DNA of 64,000 nucleotides from Clostridia bacterium (GCA_017936375.1 JAGBFR010000050.1:55597-119596); one strand, 5' to 3'. Numbered from the stretch's first letter, positions 24,105 through 34,351 are shown. Numbers and translations: made by a program. Notes: a model not told the origin generated them from the letters alone.

Positions 24105-26009
24105 TCAAGCGCAGATGGACATCTCCGCGCCCCGCGCCATGCGCTCCATCTGCTCGCCGAGCGTGGCGGCGAGGCTCTCGCACAGCTTGCCGGCAAAGCC
24201 GCTGCGCGGATCGGCGAGCGACTCGATGATCGAGCGCTCCATCTTCTCCTGCTGGCGGTCAAGCCCGCTCACCACGGTGAAATCGAGCACCAGCTGGCGC
24301 ATGAGGATGGGCGTCTTCATCGTGCGCAGCATCTTTTCCATGCCGTCCTTGCCAAGGAAGGTCAGCATCAGGCCGCCCACCGCGCCGACAATCACGCCCA
24401 CCGGGCCGGAGCCCAGCAGCGCCACGCCGCCGCCGCCGCAGATATTCGCGCCGACGACCGCCAGCACCACGCCCAGCAGGCTGGACAGCATGTCCATGCC
24501 CATCGCGTCCATCACGGAGACGCGCACCTTGCCAAGACCCGCATGGACTGGCGCGCCCCGCAGGGACATGCGCTCGGGCGGCACGCCGCAGCGCTGGCAG
24601 AGGGCCGTCAGTTCGCCCTCCATCCTGCCCATCAGCCTGTCCGTCCATTCCTGCAGCTGCGCGGCGATCTGCGTCTTGACCTCATCGCTCTCCACGGACG
24701 CCTCGACCCGCTCCGCCAGCACGCGCTCAAGCTCCTCGATGGTGTCGATGCCCCCGCGCTTCCACAGGGCGATCGTCTCCATCGCCTCCTGCCGCGCGGC
24801 GCCCACCATGATGCGCGCCAGCGGGGTGTAAAGCTCATGGATGCTGCCGGAGACCAGCGCGCTCAGGCGGTCTCCCTTGGCGATGGAGGCGACCTCCTCG
24901 CGGAAGACCTTCAGCCGCTCGTCCACCCGGCCCGCATAGGCAAGGCCGCGGGCAATCGAGCACTCCGGCTCCGGGCAGAGGACCATCAGGCTGCCGCCGA
25001 ACGCCGCCCTGCACGCCTCAGCAAAGAACGTCATGCGCGATGCGCCGCCGGTCAGGATGACCACCTGCGGCGGGCATGCGCTGCTGATCTCCTTCGCCGC
25101 GCGAAGGGACTGCTCCATCGCATCGACAAAGCTGCGCCCGCCCAGCGCCGCAACCGGCGTATGGATGATCTCCTCCACCGCCTGCGCGTCGAGCTCGAGG
25201 CGGAGCATCAGCGTCTGATCATAGCAGACGACCAGCTGCGTCGCAAGGCCCTGCGCCTGCCATTTCGCCTCGTCAAGGAAATAGCGCTCCTTGAGCCTGC
25301 GGGCCTCCAATTCGCAGTAGCTGCGCCACGCGGGGCTCTCCTCCATCACGCGCAGAAGCTCATCCCTGTCGGGAGAGAGCTCCACGCTCCTTCTGAGGAT
25401 CAGCTCGTCAAGCAGGCCGCCGCCCAGATTCGTATCGCCAAAGAGCGCCTGATCCTGCTGATGACCGTCCACGATATAGGCAAAGTCCGTCGTCGAGGAG
25501 CCGATGTCGATCACCATCGCGCTGTGCTGCATGAGCTCCGGGCTCACGCGCAGGCCGCGCGCATGGCGCGCATAGAGGAATGCCGCGCGCGATTCCGGCA
25601 CGACATGCACATTCGGGAATCCGGCCGACTCCATCAGCGCAGCATACTGCTGCCGCCTGCCCTCGCCCCAGCCCGCCGGGCAGCCGATGACCGTGCGCGA
25701 GACCTGCGCCATCAGCGCGGGCTCCTGCGTGCGCAGCTGCGCCATCACGCCCTGCGCAAACGCGCGCACGTCGCCCGGGGCCGACGCATCCGTCAGATAC
25801 CGGGACTTGAAGCGCACCTTCACATCCTGCGCGCCGGCGAGGACATTCGCCTCCTCGCCCACGACGATGCGCCCCTCGCGCATGCCGACGGCGGAGAGGA
25901 TGCTCGCGCGGCCAAAGAGCAGCATCATGCGCGGCTCGACGGTCGATTCCCCATCCAGCAGCGCGACTGCGCTCTCGCCGTCGCCAAGGTCAAAGCCTAG
26001 GATTTTCAT
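24105..26009 (-). CDS. Hsp70/actin-fold (ASKHA) ATPase with C-terminal glycine-rich hydrophobic segment
   Basis: Phosphate-1 KILGFDLGDGES, phosphate-2 VIDIGSSTTDFAY, adenosine motif VVILTGGASRM. No DnaK-type substrate-binding domain. Hydrophobic LLGVVLAVVGANICGGGGVALLGSGPVGVIVGAVGGLMLTFLG. The start at 26009 has an AAGGGAG RBS. The alternative start at 26033 makes an ATGA overlap with the upstream gene. Confidence 0.7.
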   Translation of the reverse strand: MKILGFDLGDGESAVALLDGESTVEPRMMLLFGRASILSAVGMREGRIVVGEEANVLAGAQDVKVRFKSRYLTDASAPGDVRAFAQGVMAQLRTQEPALMAQVSRTVIGCPAGWGEGRRQQYAALMESAGFPNVHVVPESRAAFLYARHARGLRVSPELMQHSAMVIDIGSSTTDFAYIVDGHQQDQALFGDTNLGGGLLDELILRRSVELSPDRDELLRVMEESPAWRSYCELEARRLKERYFLDEAKWQAQGLATQLVVCYDQTLMLRLELDAQAVEEIIHTPVAALGGRSFVDAMEQSLRAAKEISSACPPQVVILTGGASRMTFFAEACRAAFGGSLMVLCPEPECSIARGLAYAGRVDERLKVFREEVASIAKGDRLSALVSGSIHELYTPLARIMVGAARQEAMETIALWKRGGIDTIEELERVLAERVEASVESDEVKTQIAAQLQEWTDRLMGRMEGELTALCQRCGVPPERMSLRGAPVHAGLGKVRVSVMDAMGMDMLSSLLGVVLAVVGANICGGGGVALLGSGPVGVIVGAVGGLMLTFLGKDGMEKMLRTMKTPILMRQLVLDFTVVSGLDRQQEKMERSIIESLADPRSGFAGKLCESLAATLGEQMERMARGAEMSICA

Positions 26010-26029
26010 CGCTGTATCTCCCTTCGCCG

Positions 26030-26878
26030 TCATTTCGCCGCACCCTGCGCAGCCGCGCAGGCCGCGACGCCGCGGCGGATCACCTTTCCATCCTTCATCA
26101 GCGCAGGGCGGATCGTCCGCTCTCCGCTGAGCGTGGGCAGCACATCGAACATGTGCGCCGTCTCCCTACTGAAGGCCGCCGTCTCGATGCCCAGCATGCG
26201 CAGGTACGTCTCCGCCTGGTCAAGGCTGCGCAGCGCGACCTCGGGCCTGCCCGTCGCCTTCGCCTCCATGAGCGAGACCAGCAGGTCGATCATCGCCTCG
26301 TCAGCCGTGCCGCTCAGGCGCGCCGATGTATGCTCCTGCTCGAGCAGCTGCAGGTCGCTCACGCAGATATCCGCCGCACGGCACAATTCGCCCAGCAGCC
26401 GGACCATCTCCTGCGCGTCCGCCCGGGCAAGGCCGCGCGCGGTGCAGCGCGTCTCCTGCGGCGCAGCCGCCTGCCTCATGGCATCCACATACACAAGCCC
26501 CGCGCCCGCCGCCTGCAGCACGGCAAAGATCACCTTGCCATCCACGACCATCGCCACAGCCAACGCCGCCAGCAGCAGCGCCCCGGCCTCGCGCAGGCCG
26601 AATTTCCGCCCGCCCTTCGCCGATTTCTCCGGCTGCGCGATGACAAGCTCGCCCTCCGCCCGTGCGGCGCGAAGGATCGCGGGCGCGCGGCGCGCCAGCG
26701 CCATCACCGCCTGCTGCCTCTGGCGGGCGGTCTCGTCCTGCTCATCCTGCGCCAGATCGCAGGCGATCATTTCCAGCGCCATCACGGCGGCCTCCGCCGC
26801 CTGCTCCGGGCCGGCCGCCCGCTCAAGCTGGGCGAGCAGCTCATCCTTCCTTCTATTAAACGCAGTCGATGCGTCCAT
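26030..26878 (-). CDS. hypothetical protein, partner of the Hsp70-like ATPase
   Basis: 282-aa Ala/Arg-rich helical protein with one central hydrophobic segment (GALLLAALAVAMVVDGKVIFAVLQAAGAGLVYV). Coding call rests on its position directly upstream of the ATPase gene (start ambiguous; the 26033 alternative would overlap by 4 nt) and its length. No recognisable domain. Confidence 0.5.
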   Translation of the reverse strand: MDASTAFNRRKDELLAQLERAAGPEQAAEAAVMALEMIACDLAQDEQDETARQRQQAVMALARRAPAILRAARAEGELVIAQPEKSAKGGRKFGLREAGALLLAALAVAMVVDGKVIFAVLQAAGAGLVYVDAMRQAAAPQETRCTARGLARADAQEMVRLLGELCRAADICVSDLQLLEQEHTSARLSGTADEAMIDLLVSLMEAKATGRPEVALRSLDQAETYLRMLGIETAAFSRETAHMFDVLPTLSGERTIRPALMKDGKVIRRGVAACAAAQGAAK

Positions 26879-27051
26879 GCGCTTCTCTCCATTTCCGCGC
26901 CGTCCGGCGCGCCGTAATCATCCCGCCGCGGATTGCCCCGCACAGGACCTATATGATACCATTTTTATTGTACTATCCGCACTCGCCTTTGTCAATCGAC
27001 CATATCCTGTGGTATAATGCGCTCACACCATTCGCATCGGGGAGGAGACAT

Positions 27052-27960
27052 ATGCGCATCCTGACATACACCGTCACGCGCGAGGACGACGGGCGCGCCG
27101 TGCGCAGCGTCGTGCCGCGCCGCTTTCACCTCGGCGAGCATGCCTTCCGCCGGCTCAAGGTGCAGGAGGGCATCCGCATCGGCGATCGCCCCGTCCGCGC
27201 CGACTACAGGCTCCGTGAGGGTGAGATCATCACGATTCTCCTTCCGGACGACGGCGCAGACGCCGCCTCCATCACACCGGCGCAGGACGGCTGCCTTCCG
27301 CATCTGCCGCCGTCGCAGATCCGATACATCGACGAGGATCTGATCATCGCCGCCAAGGGCGCGCCGCTGGCCACGCTCCCCTGCACCCATATCAAAACCG
27401 GCACGCTGCGCGAGCAGCTGTGCGCCATGCTCGGCGCGGATGAATCCTCCTTCGTCTATCACCCGGTCAACAGGCTGGACAAGGGTACCAGCGGCCTCCT
27501 CTGCGTCGCCCGGCATGCACACGCCCAGCGCCTTCTGACCGCCCAGCTGCATACCGGCGGCTTTATCCGCGAGTATCTCGCCGTCACCGAGGGCGTGCCC
27601 AAAGCGTCGTCCGGCTTGATCGACGCGCCCATCGCCCGCCTCGGCGCGGGAGCAAAGCGCGCCGTGCGCGAGGACGGCCAGCGCGCCGTCACGCATTTCC
27701 GCATTGAGGCCGTCTGCGGCCGCCGCGCGCTTCTGCGCCTTCGCCTTGAGACGGGGCGCACGCATCAGATCCGCGTGCATCTGTCCTCCATCGGCTGCCC
27801 GATTGCAGGCGATTATCTCTACGGCAGCGAGCTGCCCGCCCTCGGCGGCCGGTTTGCGCTGCACTCCGCCAGCCTCTCCCTTGCCCATCCGATCACAGGA
27901 GCGCGCATCGACCTCGCACAGCCGCTGCCGCCGGAGCTCTCTGCCCTGCTCCGCCCGTAA
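27052..27960 (+). CDS. RluA family pseudouridine synthase
   Basis: S4-like N-terminus, catalytic HPVNRLDKGTSGLL motif, and GRTHQIR. GGAGGAG RBS before the ATG at 27052. Confidence 0.85.
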   Translation: MRILTYTVTREDDGRAVRSVVPRRFHLGEHAFRRLKVQEGIRIGDRPVRADYRLREGEIITILLPDDGADAASITPAQDGCLPHLPPSQIRYIDEDLIIAAKGAPLATLPCTHIKTGTLREQLCAMLGADESSFVYHPVNRLDKGTSGLLCVARHAHAQRLLTAQLHTGGFIREYLAVTEGVPKASSGLIDAPIARLGAGAKRAVREDGQRAVTHFRIEAVCGRRALLRLRLETGRTHQIRVHLSSIGCPIAGDYLYGSELPALGGRFALHSASLSLAHPITGARIDLAQPLPPELSALLRP

Positions 27961-28033
27961 TTTACCTGTGTCAAACGCCGCCTCCCCGTCATCCTATAAT
28001 AGCAGGATCACACAGACGCGAGGAGGCAGCATC

Positions 28034-28300
28034 ATGACCGAAAACACGCAAAAACGCCCGCACGCCGCATGGCAGTGGAATCCGCCTGCGCGCCGCAGTA
28101 CATCGCCCGCCATGGACGCCAAGGAGATTCAGAGCTCCACCGAATGCACGGGGCTGATGCAGCACGTGCCGGAGGACGAGGGCGAGGCCCATGCCCTCTG
28201 CGATCTCTACGGCATCCACGCCGTCAAGCCCAAGGGCAACATCGGTAAGGGCAACCCGAGAAACAACCCGGAGGAAATCGCCTTCCATCGGGAATCATAA
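28034..28300 (+). CDS. hypothetical small protein (88 aa)
   Basis: GAGGAGG RBS and a downstream hairpin terminator. No recognisable domain. Confidence 0.4.
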   Translation: MTENTQKRPHAAWQWNPPARRSTSPAMDAKEIQSSTECTGLMQHVPEDEGEAHALCDLYGIHAVKPKGNIGKGNPRNNPEEIAFHRES

Positions 28301-28414
28301 CGCGCCAAAGAAACAGCGGCTCTCCGTCTCAAGCGGAGAGCCGCTGTTCATCTGTTTCTTCATTGTGCTTTCATTGCGCCTTTATCGCGCCTTTATTGCA
28401 CCTTTATTGCGCCT

Positions 28415-30250
28415 TCACAGCGCCATCTCAGGCCAGTCAAGCGCAAAGAGCACCACATTCTCCCGCCCATGGCGGATCGATGTGCCCGCCGCGAGCAGCC
28501 GGCCGTCCCCGCTGCGCAGGAGATACGCGTCCTTTGTCTGCAGGTCGATGGGCGTGCGCGTCCATCTGCCCCATTCGATCTCATGCAGGCGGGCGGCAAC
28601 CACGGCCTCCGCCTCCAGCCATTCATTGAGCGCCGCCAGCACGACGGTATCCTTCGGCGTATCGCCCGGGAGGATTGCGCAGACGCAGGTCAATTCACCG
28701 GGCAGGAAGATCTCCTGCAGCACGCCCTGTGCGCTCAATTCCGCCATCACGCCCGTCTGACGCGCCTCGTCGCCGCTGCCGATGATGTAGCAGCCGCCCA
28801 GCAGATACCCGCCGTCCGCCGTTCTCGCGCCGCAGCGCCAGATCAGCCTGTCCGCCGCGGTGTGAATCAGCGTCCTCGTCTGCCAGCAGGGATTGCCCTG
28901 CGCGTCCATGAGCGAAACCAGCGCACCGCCCGGCGTCTCCTCAAAGAGCAGGCAGCCGCCCTCCACGGCATAGCCATGGGGCCGCTGCGCCTCCGCAAGC
29001 GCCTGCGCATTCCCCTGCGCATCCACCAGCGTGCGCATCGCCCGTCCATCGTATTCGCAGAGGATCTCCGTTTCATCGCCCATATTCCGCGCGCTCAGCA
29101 GCGCAGCCATCGACTGCAGCCAAATCGCCTCGTCGTAGGTCTCGTCCCTCGCGGGCTCCATCTGCGTCACCGCCGTGATCTGGATCGTCTTACCGCCGCC
29201 CGACGACTCCTGCAGGAGCGCCGCGCCGCCGTCAAAGGCCGCCATATCCTGCACAAAGCCATCCTCGCCGTCCACGCGCGGCAGGGGCGCAAGGCCGATA
29301 AGCGCGCCGTCCTCATCATAGAAGCAGACGCTCGAGGAGCTGCACCCGGCAAAGCCCGACTGCGTCGCCGTCAGGGGATAGATATTGTCCCCGGCGTCCA
29401 CGGTATAGAGCAGCTCGCCCGCCTCCGTCACGCGGGCAATGATATCGCCCATGCCCTCCAGCTGCGCGCTGACAATCGCCGAGCCGTCCTCATAGGCCAG
29501 CGCGTCGAGCAGCACGTCGATGCGCCCGCCCGCCGCTGCAAGGGCGTGCTCCTGCGGCAGCTGCGCGCCGCCCGGGATGATCCAGCGGACGCGGAGGCCT
29601 TCCTCCGTCTTGCCAATCTGCAGAAGCCTGTCCTGCGCGCCGGCGGCGATCACGTCCTGCGCATCATAGGCAAAGGATGCGCCGCGCCCTATGCCGCCCT
29701 GCTCGTCCAGCGCCGCGCAGCAGAGGCTGCCGTCCTCATGGGCGCAGACGACGGCCAATAGCCGCTCTCCGTCCCGCTCGGTCGGAATGCCGGGCCAGAC
29801 ATCGCGCACGCCGCCGTGCGCGCAGAGCGCCTGCGCGCCGGGAACCTCCACGCGCGAGAGTACCTTGCCGCCCTCGCTGAGGATGACCCACTCCTGCCCC
29901 TGTCCGTCTGCCCCGCGCAGCACGGCGGATATCGTGCCGTCGCCGTGCACATAGGGATTGAAGAACTCGTCCCGACCCACATGCGCGCTGGTGTACGACC
30001 AGAGGACGTCGCCCTGCGCGTCAAGGCGCAGCAGCCAGCCGGCCTTGCCCGTGCGCGTGCGGTGTGCGAGGTCGCCGTCCGTCGAGTAGGTGTAGCCCGC
30101 AGCCAGCAGGCCGTCCTGCGCGGCGACGAGCTGATACAGCCTGTCCTCCCCGCGCCCGCCATAGCGGCGCGACCAGCCCTGCGCATGGGCCGTTTGCATT
30201 GTTGTGATGATGATCAGAAAAGCCAGCAGGAACAGCCTGCACGCCCTCAT
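28415..30250 (-). CDS. secreted repeat protein of unknown function
   Basis: Signal peptide MRACRLFLLAFLIIITTMQTAHA. Recurrent DG..L.AG / G..LW segments suggest beta-propeller-like repeats. Confidence 0.55.
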   Translation of the reverse strand: MRACRLFLLAFLIIITTMQTAHAQGWSRRYGGRGEDRLYQLVAAQDGLLAAGYTYSTDGDLAHRTRTGKAGWLLRLDAQGDVLWSYTSAHVGRDEFFNPYVHGDGTISAVLRGADGQGQEWVILSEGGKVLSRVEVPGAQALCAHGGVRDVWPGIPTERDGERLLAVVCAHEDGSLCCAALDEQGGIGRGASFAYDAQDVIAAGAQDRLLQIGKTEEGLRVRWIIPGGAQLPQEHALAAAGGRIDVLLDALAYEDGSAIVSAQLEGMGDIIARVTEAGELLYTVDAGDNIYPLTATQSGFAGCSSSSVCFYDEDGALIGLAPLPRVDGEDGFVQDMAAFDGGAALLQESSGGGKTIQITAVTQMEPARDETYDEAIWLQSMAALLSARNMGDETEILCEYDGRAMRTLVDAQGNAQALAEAQRPHGYAVEGGCLLFEETPGGALVSLMDAQGNPCWQTRTLIHTAADRLIWRCGARTADGGYLLGGCYIIGSGDEARQTGVMAELSAQGVLQEIFLPGELTCVCAILPGDTPKDTVVLAALNEWLEAEAVVAARLHEIEWGRWTRTPIDLQTKDAYLLRSGDGRLLAAGTSIRHGRENVVLFALDWPEMAL

Positions 30251-30251
30251 A

Positions 30252-32399
30252 TCAATCTCTTCCCTTCACCATGGAAAGCGCAATGCGCTTTTTCTTCATA
30301 TCCACGTCGACGACCCACACCGTCACCACGTCGCCCACGCTCACCGCCTCGCTCGGATGGCGGATAAAGCGGTCGGCCATGCGGGAGATGTGCACGAGGC
30401 CGTCCTGATGCACGCCGATATCCACAAACGCACCGAAATCGATGACATTGCGCACCGTGCCGGTCAGTTCCATGCCCGGCTTCAGGTCGCTCATGTCCAG
30501 CACGTCCGTGCGCAGCACGGGCGGCGGCATATCCTCGCGCGGGTCGCGCCCGGGCTTTTCCAGCTCCGCCGCGATGTCGCGCAGGGTCATCGCGCCCACG
30601 CCCAGCTCGTCCGCCAGCGTATTCGCGCCGATTTCATCGACCTTCGCCGCGATGCCGGCAATGCCGCCCTTTTTCAGGTCCTTCGCCTCATAGCCAAGGC
30701 GGGCGAGCAGCGCCTTCGCCGCCGGATAGCTCTCCGGGTGCACGGCCGTCGCGTCCAGCGGGTTCGCGCCGCGCACGCGCAGGAAGCCGGCGCACTGCTC
30801 AAAGGCCTTCGGCCCCAGCTTGGGCACCTTCTTGAGCTGCGCGCGGGAGGCGATGCCGTTCTCATCGCGGTAGGCGACGATATTTGCCGCCAGCGCCGGG
30901 CCGATGCCGGCCACATGCTCCAGCAGCTGCGCGGAGGCCGTCTCCACATCCACGCCCACGCCGGAGACGCAGCTCTCCACCACGCCGGCCAGCGTGTTTT
31001 CCAGCTCCGCCTGCTTGAGATCGTGCTGATACTGGCCCACGCCGATGGCCTTGGGGTCGATCTTCACCAGCTCCGCTAGCGGGTCCTGCATGCGCCTTGC
31101 GATGGAGACCGCGCTGCGCAGGGAGACGTCGTAGTCCGGGAATTCCTTCGCCGCGAGCTTCGACGCGGAGTAGACGCTCGCGCCGGCCTCGCTGACGATC
31201 ACATACTGCACGCCCGGCACCTCCGGCAGCAGCGCTGCGATGAACTGCTCGCTCTCGCGGGAGGCCGTGCCGTTGCCGATGGCGATCGCCGTGACCTTAT
31301 GGCGGCGGATCATCGAGAGGATCTGCGCCTTCGCCGCGGCCTTCTGCCGCTCCATGCCCGGCAGGGTGAAGTGGCCCACGCCCGTCTCCAGCACGCGGCC
31401 GCCCTCGTCGACGACCGCCAGCTTGCAGCCCGTGCGGAAGCCCGGGTCCACGCCCAGCGTCACGCGCCCGCGGATCGGCGGCTGCATGAGCAGCTGGCGC
31501 AGATTCTGGCCGAAGACACGGATCGCGCCCTCATTTGCCCTGTCGGTCAGGTCGCTGCGCGTCTCGCGCTCCAGCGACGGGCCGATGAGGCGGCTCCATG
31601 CGTCCTTCGCCGCCGTGCGCACGACCTCGCAGCAGGCGCTCGGCGGATTGATGACCGCGCGGCAGATCGTCTGGCAGGCCAGCTGCTCGTCGATCTCCAC
31701 GCTCACCTTCAGCCATTCCTCGCGCTCGCCGCGGTTGAGCGCCAGAATCCTGTGATCCGCCGCGCGCATCACGGGCTCCTTGTAGTCATAATACTGGCTG
31801 TATACGCTGTCCTCTTCCTTCGCCGCGACGCTGCGCAGCACGCCGATGCGGCGCACCAGCGCGCGCAGATTCGCGCGGATGGAGGCGTCGTCACTGATCT
31901 GCTCGGCGATGATGTCCTGCGCCAGCTGCAGCGCCGTCTCCACGTCGGGCACGCCCTTTTCCTCGTCGATATAGTCCTTCGCCAATTCGAGCGGGTCGTC
32001 CTTACGCCGCTGCTCCATGATGCGCTCAGCCAACGGCGCGACGCCCTTCTCCCTCGCGATCATCGCGCGGGTGCGCCGCTTCTGCTTATAGGGGCGGTAG
32101 AGGTCCTCCAGCTCCGCCAGCGTCGCCGCAGCGGCGAGGGCGGCGCGCAGCTCATCCGTGAGCTTGCCCTGCTCCTCGATGGCGCTCTCAATCGCCTCGC
32201 GGCGCTTGCACAGGCCGCGCAGGTAATCAAGCCGCTCGCTGATCTCGCGCAGCTTCTGGTCGTCCATCGCGCCGGTCTTCTCCTTGCGGTAGCGGGCGAT
32301 GAAGGGGATGGTATTGCCCTCGTCGATCATGGCGACGATGTTGTCGATAATCCCCGCCTCGACAGAGAACTCGGCGGAGAGCATGGTGTTTATATTCAT
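30252..32399 (-). CDS. tex: Tex-like transcription accessory protein (S1 RNA-binding domain protein)
   Basis: N-terminus IPFIARYRKEKTG, YqgF and HhH domains, C-terminal S1 domain (GTVRNVIDFGAFVDIG). Start at MNINTML. Confidence 0.9.
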   Translation of the reverse strand: MNINTMLSAEFSVEAGIIDNIVAMIDEGNTIPFIARYRKEKTGAMDDQKLREISERLDYLRGLCKRREAIESAIEEQGKLTDELRAALAAAATLAELEDLYRPYKQKRRTRAMIAREKGVAPLAERIMEQRRKDDPLELAKDYIDEEKGVPDVETALQLAQDIIAEQISDDASIRANLRALVRRIGVLRSVAAKEEDSVYSQYYDYKEPVMRAADHRILALNRGEREEWLKVSVEIDEQLACQTICRAVINPPSACCEVVRTAAKDAWSRLIGPSLERETRSDLTDRANEGAIRVFGQNLRQLLMQPPIRGRVTLGVDPGFRTGCKLAVVDEGGRVLETGVGHFTLPGMERQKAAAKAQILSMIRRHKVTAIAIGNGTASRESEQFIAALLPEVPGVQYVIVSEAGASVYSASKLAAKEFPDYDVSLRSAVSIARRMQDPLAELVKIDPKAIGVGQYQHDLKQAELENTLAGVVESCVSGVGVDVETASAQLLEHVAGIGPALAANIVAYRDENGIASRAQLKKVPKLGPKAFEQCAGFLRVRGANPLDATAVHPESYPAAKALLARLGYEAKDLKKGGIAGIAAKVDEIGANTLADELGVGAMTLRDIAAELEKPGRDPREDMPPPVLRTDVLDMSDLKPGMELTGTVRNVIDFGAFVDIGVHQDGLVHISRMADRFIRHPSEAVSVGDVVTVWVVDVDMKKKRIALSMVKGRD

Positions 32400-32528
32400 G
32401 GAAATCCTTCCCTTCACATCGGAATCAAAAATCATTCCTATTATAGCTTTCCCCGCCGCATCCGTCAACCAAGCCGTCTGCGCAGAAAAAAGGCCGCAGG
32501 TTATCCTGCGGCCCTGATGGGTAAATAC

Positions 32529-33332
32529 TTACGGACGCTGGCCCATGCCGCCCTCGAGGGTGAGGGTCTCGCCGGACATGTACTTGAAGTCCGGGGACGC
32601 CAGCTGCACGCAGACGCGGCCGATTTCCAGCTCGGTATGGCCATAGTGGCCCATCGGCGGCATGTGAACGTTGGCCTTGAAGGCCTCCGGATACGCCTGC
32701 TGGAACTGCTCGAGCTGCGCGGTCCACGCCAGCGGGCAGACGACGTTGCAGTTGATGCCGTCCGGACCCCACTCAGTCGCGGCGACGCGGGTCAGGCCGC
32801 GGATGCCTTCCTTCGCGGCGGCGTAGGAGCACTGGCCCTTGTTGCCAAAGAGGCCCGCGCCGGAGGCGAAGTTGATGACGGAGCCCTTGGTCTCCTTGAG
32901 GTACGGGTAGCACGCCTTCATATAGTAGAAGGTGGAGTACAGGCCGGAGTACATCGCCAGATCGAAGTTGGCGGTGGTATGCGTCGCCAGCGGCACGCCG
33001 GAGGCGGAGGCCTGCGCGTTATTGATCAGCACATCGATGCGGCCAAAGGCCTCGATCGCCTTATCGATGACGTTCTGCACGGTCGCCTCATTGTCCGCGC
33101 CGGCATTGACGTCAGCCTGAACAGCCAGCACCTTGATGCCGTAGAGGCGCTCAAGCTCTTCCTTCGCGTCTTCCAGCTTCTTCACATTGCGGCCGGTGAT
33201 GACGAGGTTCGCGCCCTCCTTCGCATAGGCGATGGCGATGCCGTAGCCGATAGAGCCCGCAGAACCGTCAGCCAGCGGCGTAGGACGGCCGGCGCCGGTG
33301 ATGATCGCAGTCTTGCCAGTCAAAAATCCCAT
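32529..33332 (-). CDS. SDR family oxidoreductase
   Basis: ITGAG...G Rossmann motif, NNAQ, and catalytic YAAAK. Confidence 0.85.
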   Translation of the reverse strand: MGFLTGKTAIITGAGRPTPLADGSAGSIGYGIAIAYAKEGANLVITGRNVKKLEDAKEELERLYGIKVLAVQADVNAGADNEATVQNVIDKAIEAFGRIDVLINNAQASASGVPLATHTTANFDLAMYSGLYSTFYYMKACYPYLKETKGSVINFASGAGLFGNKGQCSYAAAKEGIRGLTRVAATEWGPDGINCNVVCPLAWTAQLEQFQQAYPEAFKANVHMPPMGHYGHTELEIGRVCVQLASPDFKYMSGETLTLEGGMGQRP

Positions 33333-33386
33333 AATCCAACACTCCTTGTCGTTATGTTGCGCAATTCCGATTGCGCCAATAGAGAG

Positions 33387-33415
33387 ATTCTAACATAACA
33401 AACAACATTCGTCAA
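33387..33415 (-). promoter_or_regulatory. sigma-A promoter of the SDR gene
   Basis: The minus strand reads TTGACG, a 17-nt spacer, then TAGAAT. Flanked by the direct repeat GAATGTTGTTT x2 and the palindrome GCGCAAT-CGGA-ATTGCGC in the 5' UTR. Confidence 0.5.
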
Positions 33416-33464
33416 TACAGGATTAAATCTTCTTCATCTATTGAAACAACATTCACAAATGTGC

Positions 33465-34283
33465 TCAGAGCGTCCCTCTGTCGAGGCAGATCACCTCAAG
33501 ATCATCCGGAATATGGAGATCTCCGTCATAGTACACATGCGCCTCCGCGCCATAGAGCGCCTTGCGCCGGGCATAGCTCTTATCCTCCGTATGCCAGAGC
33601 ACGAGGTGGGGAATCTCCAGCTGCGCGGCAAGCTTCGCCGCATCGGCGACGGTGGAATGGTGCTTTTCATAGGGCTTAAAGACGTCCGCCTGGGACAGCA
33701 GGCAGAATGCCTCGCAGAGCAGCCAGCTGCTCCCCCGCACATAGGCCTCGCAGGCCGGGTTATACGGCTCGTCGCCCAGGCAGGTCAGCCGCTCCCCGCT
33801 CCCAAGCAGGGTCGTGAAGCCATACTGCAGGAGCTTCGTCGAGCCGATATCAAAGAAAGCCATGTCATAGCCGCAAAGGCGCGCCTGCATGCCGTCCTCC
33901 ACATCGCAAAAGCGCACGCGCGTGCCGATGTGCCGGGTCATCTTCTTCTGCAGCATCAGATCCGCCATCATCAGCAGCCCCTCGCGGATGCTGCTGTGGC
34001 AGTAGATATGCAGATCGCCGTCGTACTTCCCGGCGTTCATCATCGTCATGATCTTGCGCAGCACCCAAATTGCGCCGCCCAGATGATCCGGGTGCGCATG
34101 GGTGATAAAGAAATCATGCACGCGGGCAAAGCTCAGCCCCGCATCCTCCATCTGCCGCAGGATGCCGTTGCCGCCGCCCGCATCGACGAGCAGCAGACCG
34201 TTTTCATTTTCCAGCGCAAAGCAGGTATTGTAGCAGCGGGTCGCCAGCGCATAGCCCGTGCCCAGCACATGAAGCTTTTCCAT
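33465..34283 (-). CDS. MBL fold metallo-hydrolase
   Basis: HAHPDH motif. Confidence 0.8.
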   Translation of the reverse strand: MEKLHVLGTGYALATRCYNTCFALENENGLLLVDAGGGNGILRQMEDAGLSFARVHDFFITHAHPDHLGGAIWVLRKIMTMMNAGKYDGDLHIYCHSSIREGLLMMADLMLQKKMTRHIGTRVRFCDVEDGMQARLCGYDMAFFDIGSTKLLQYGFTTLLGSGERLTCLGDEPYNPACEAYVRGSSWLLCEAFCLLSQADVFKPYEKHHSTVADAAKLAAQLEIPHLVLWHTEDKSYARRKALYGAEAHVYYDGDLHIPDDLEVICLDRGTL

Positions 34284-34351
34284 GGGATGGTTCTCCTATT
34301 CAAAAAGGAGGACGAAGCCGCACTCCGTCCTCCTTGTGTCCTTATTCCGGA

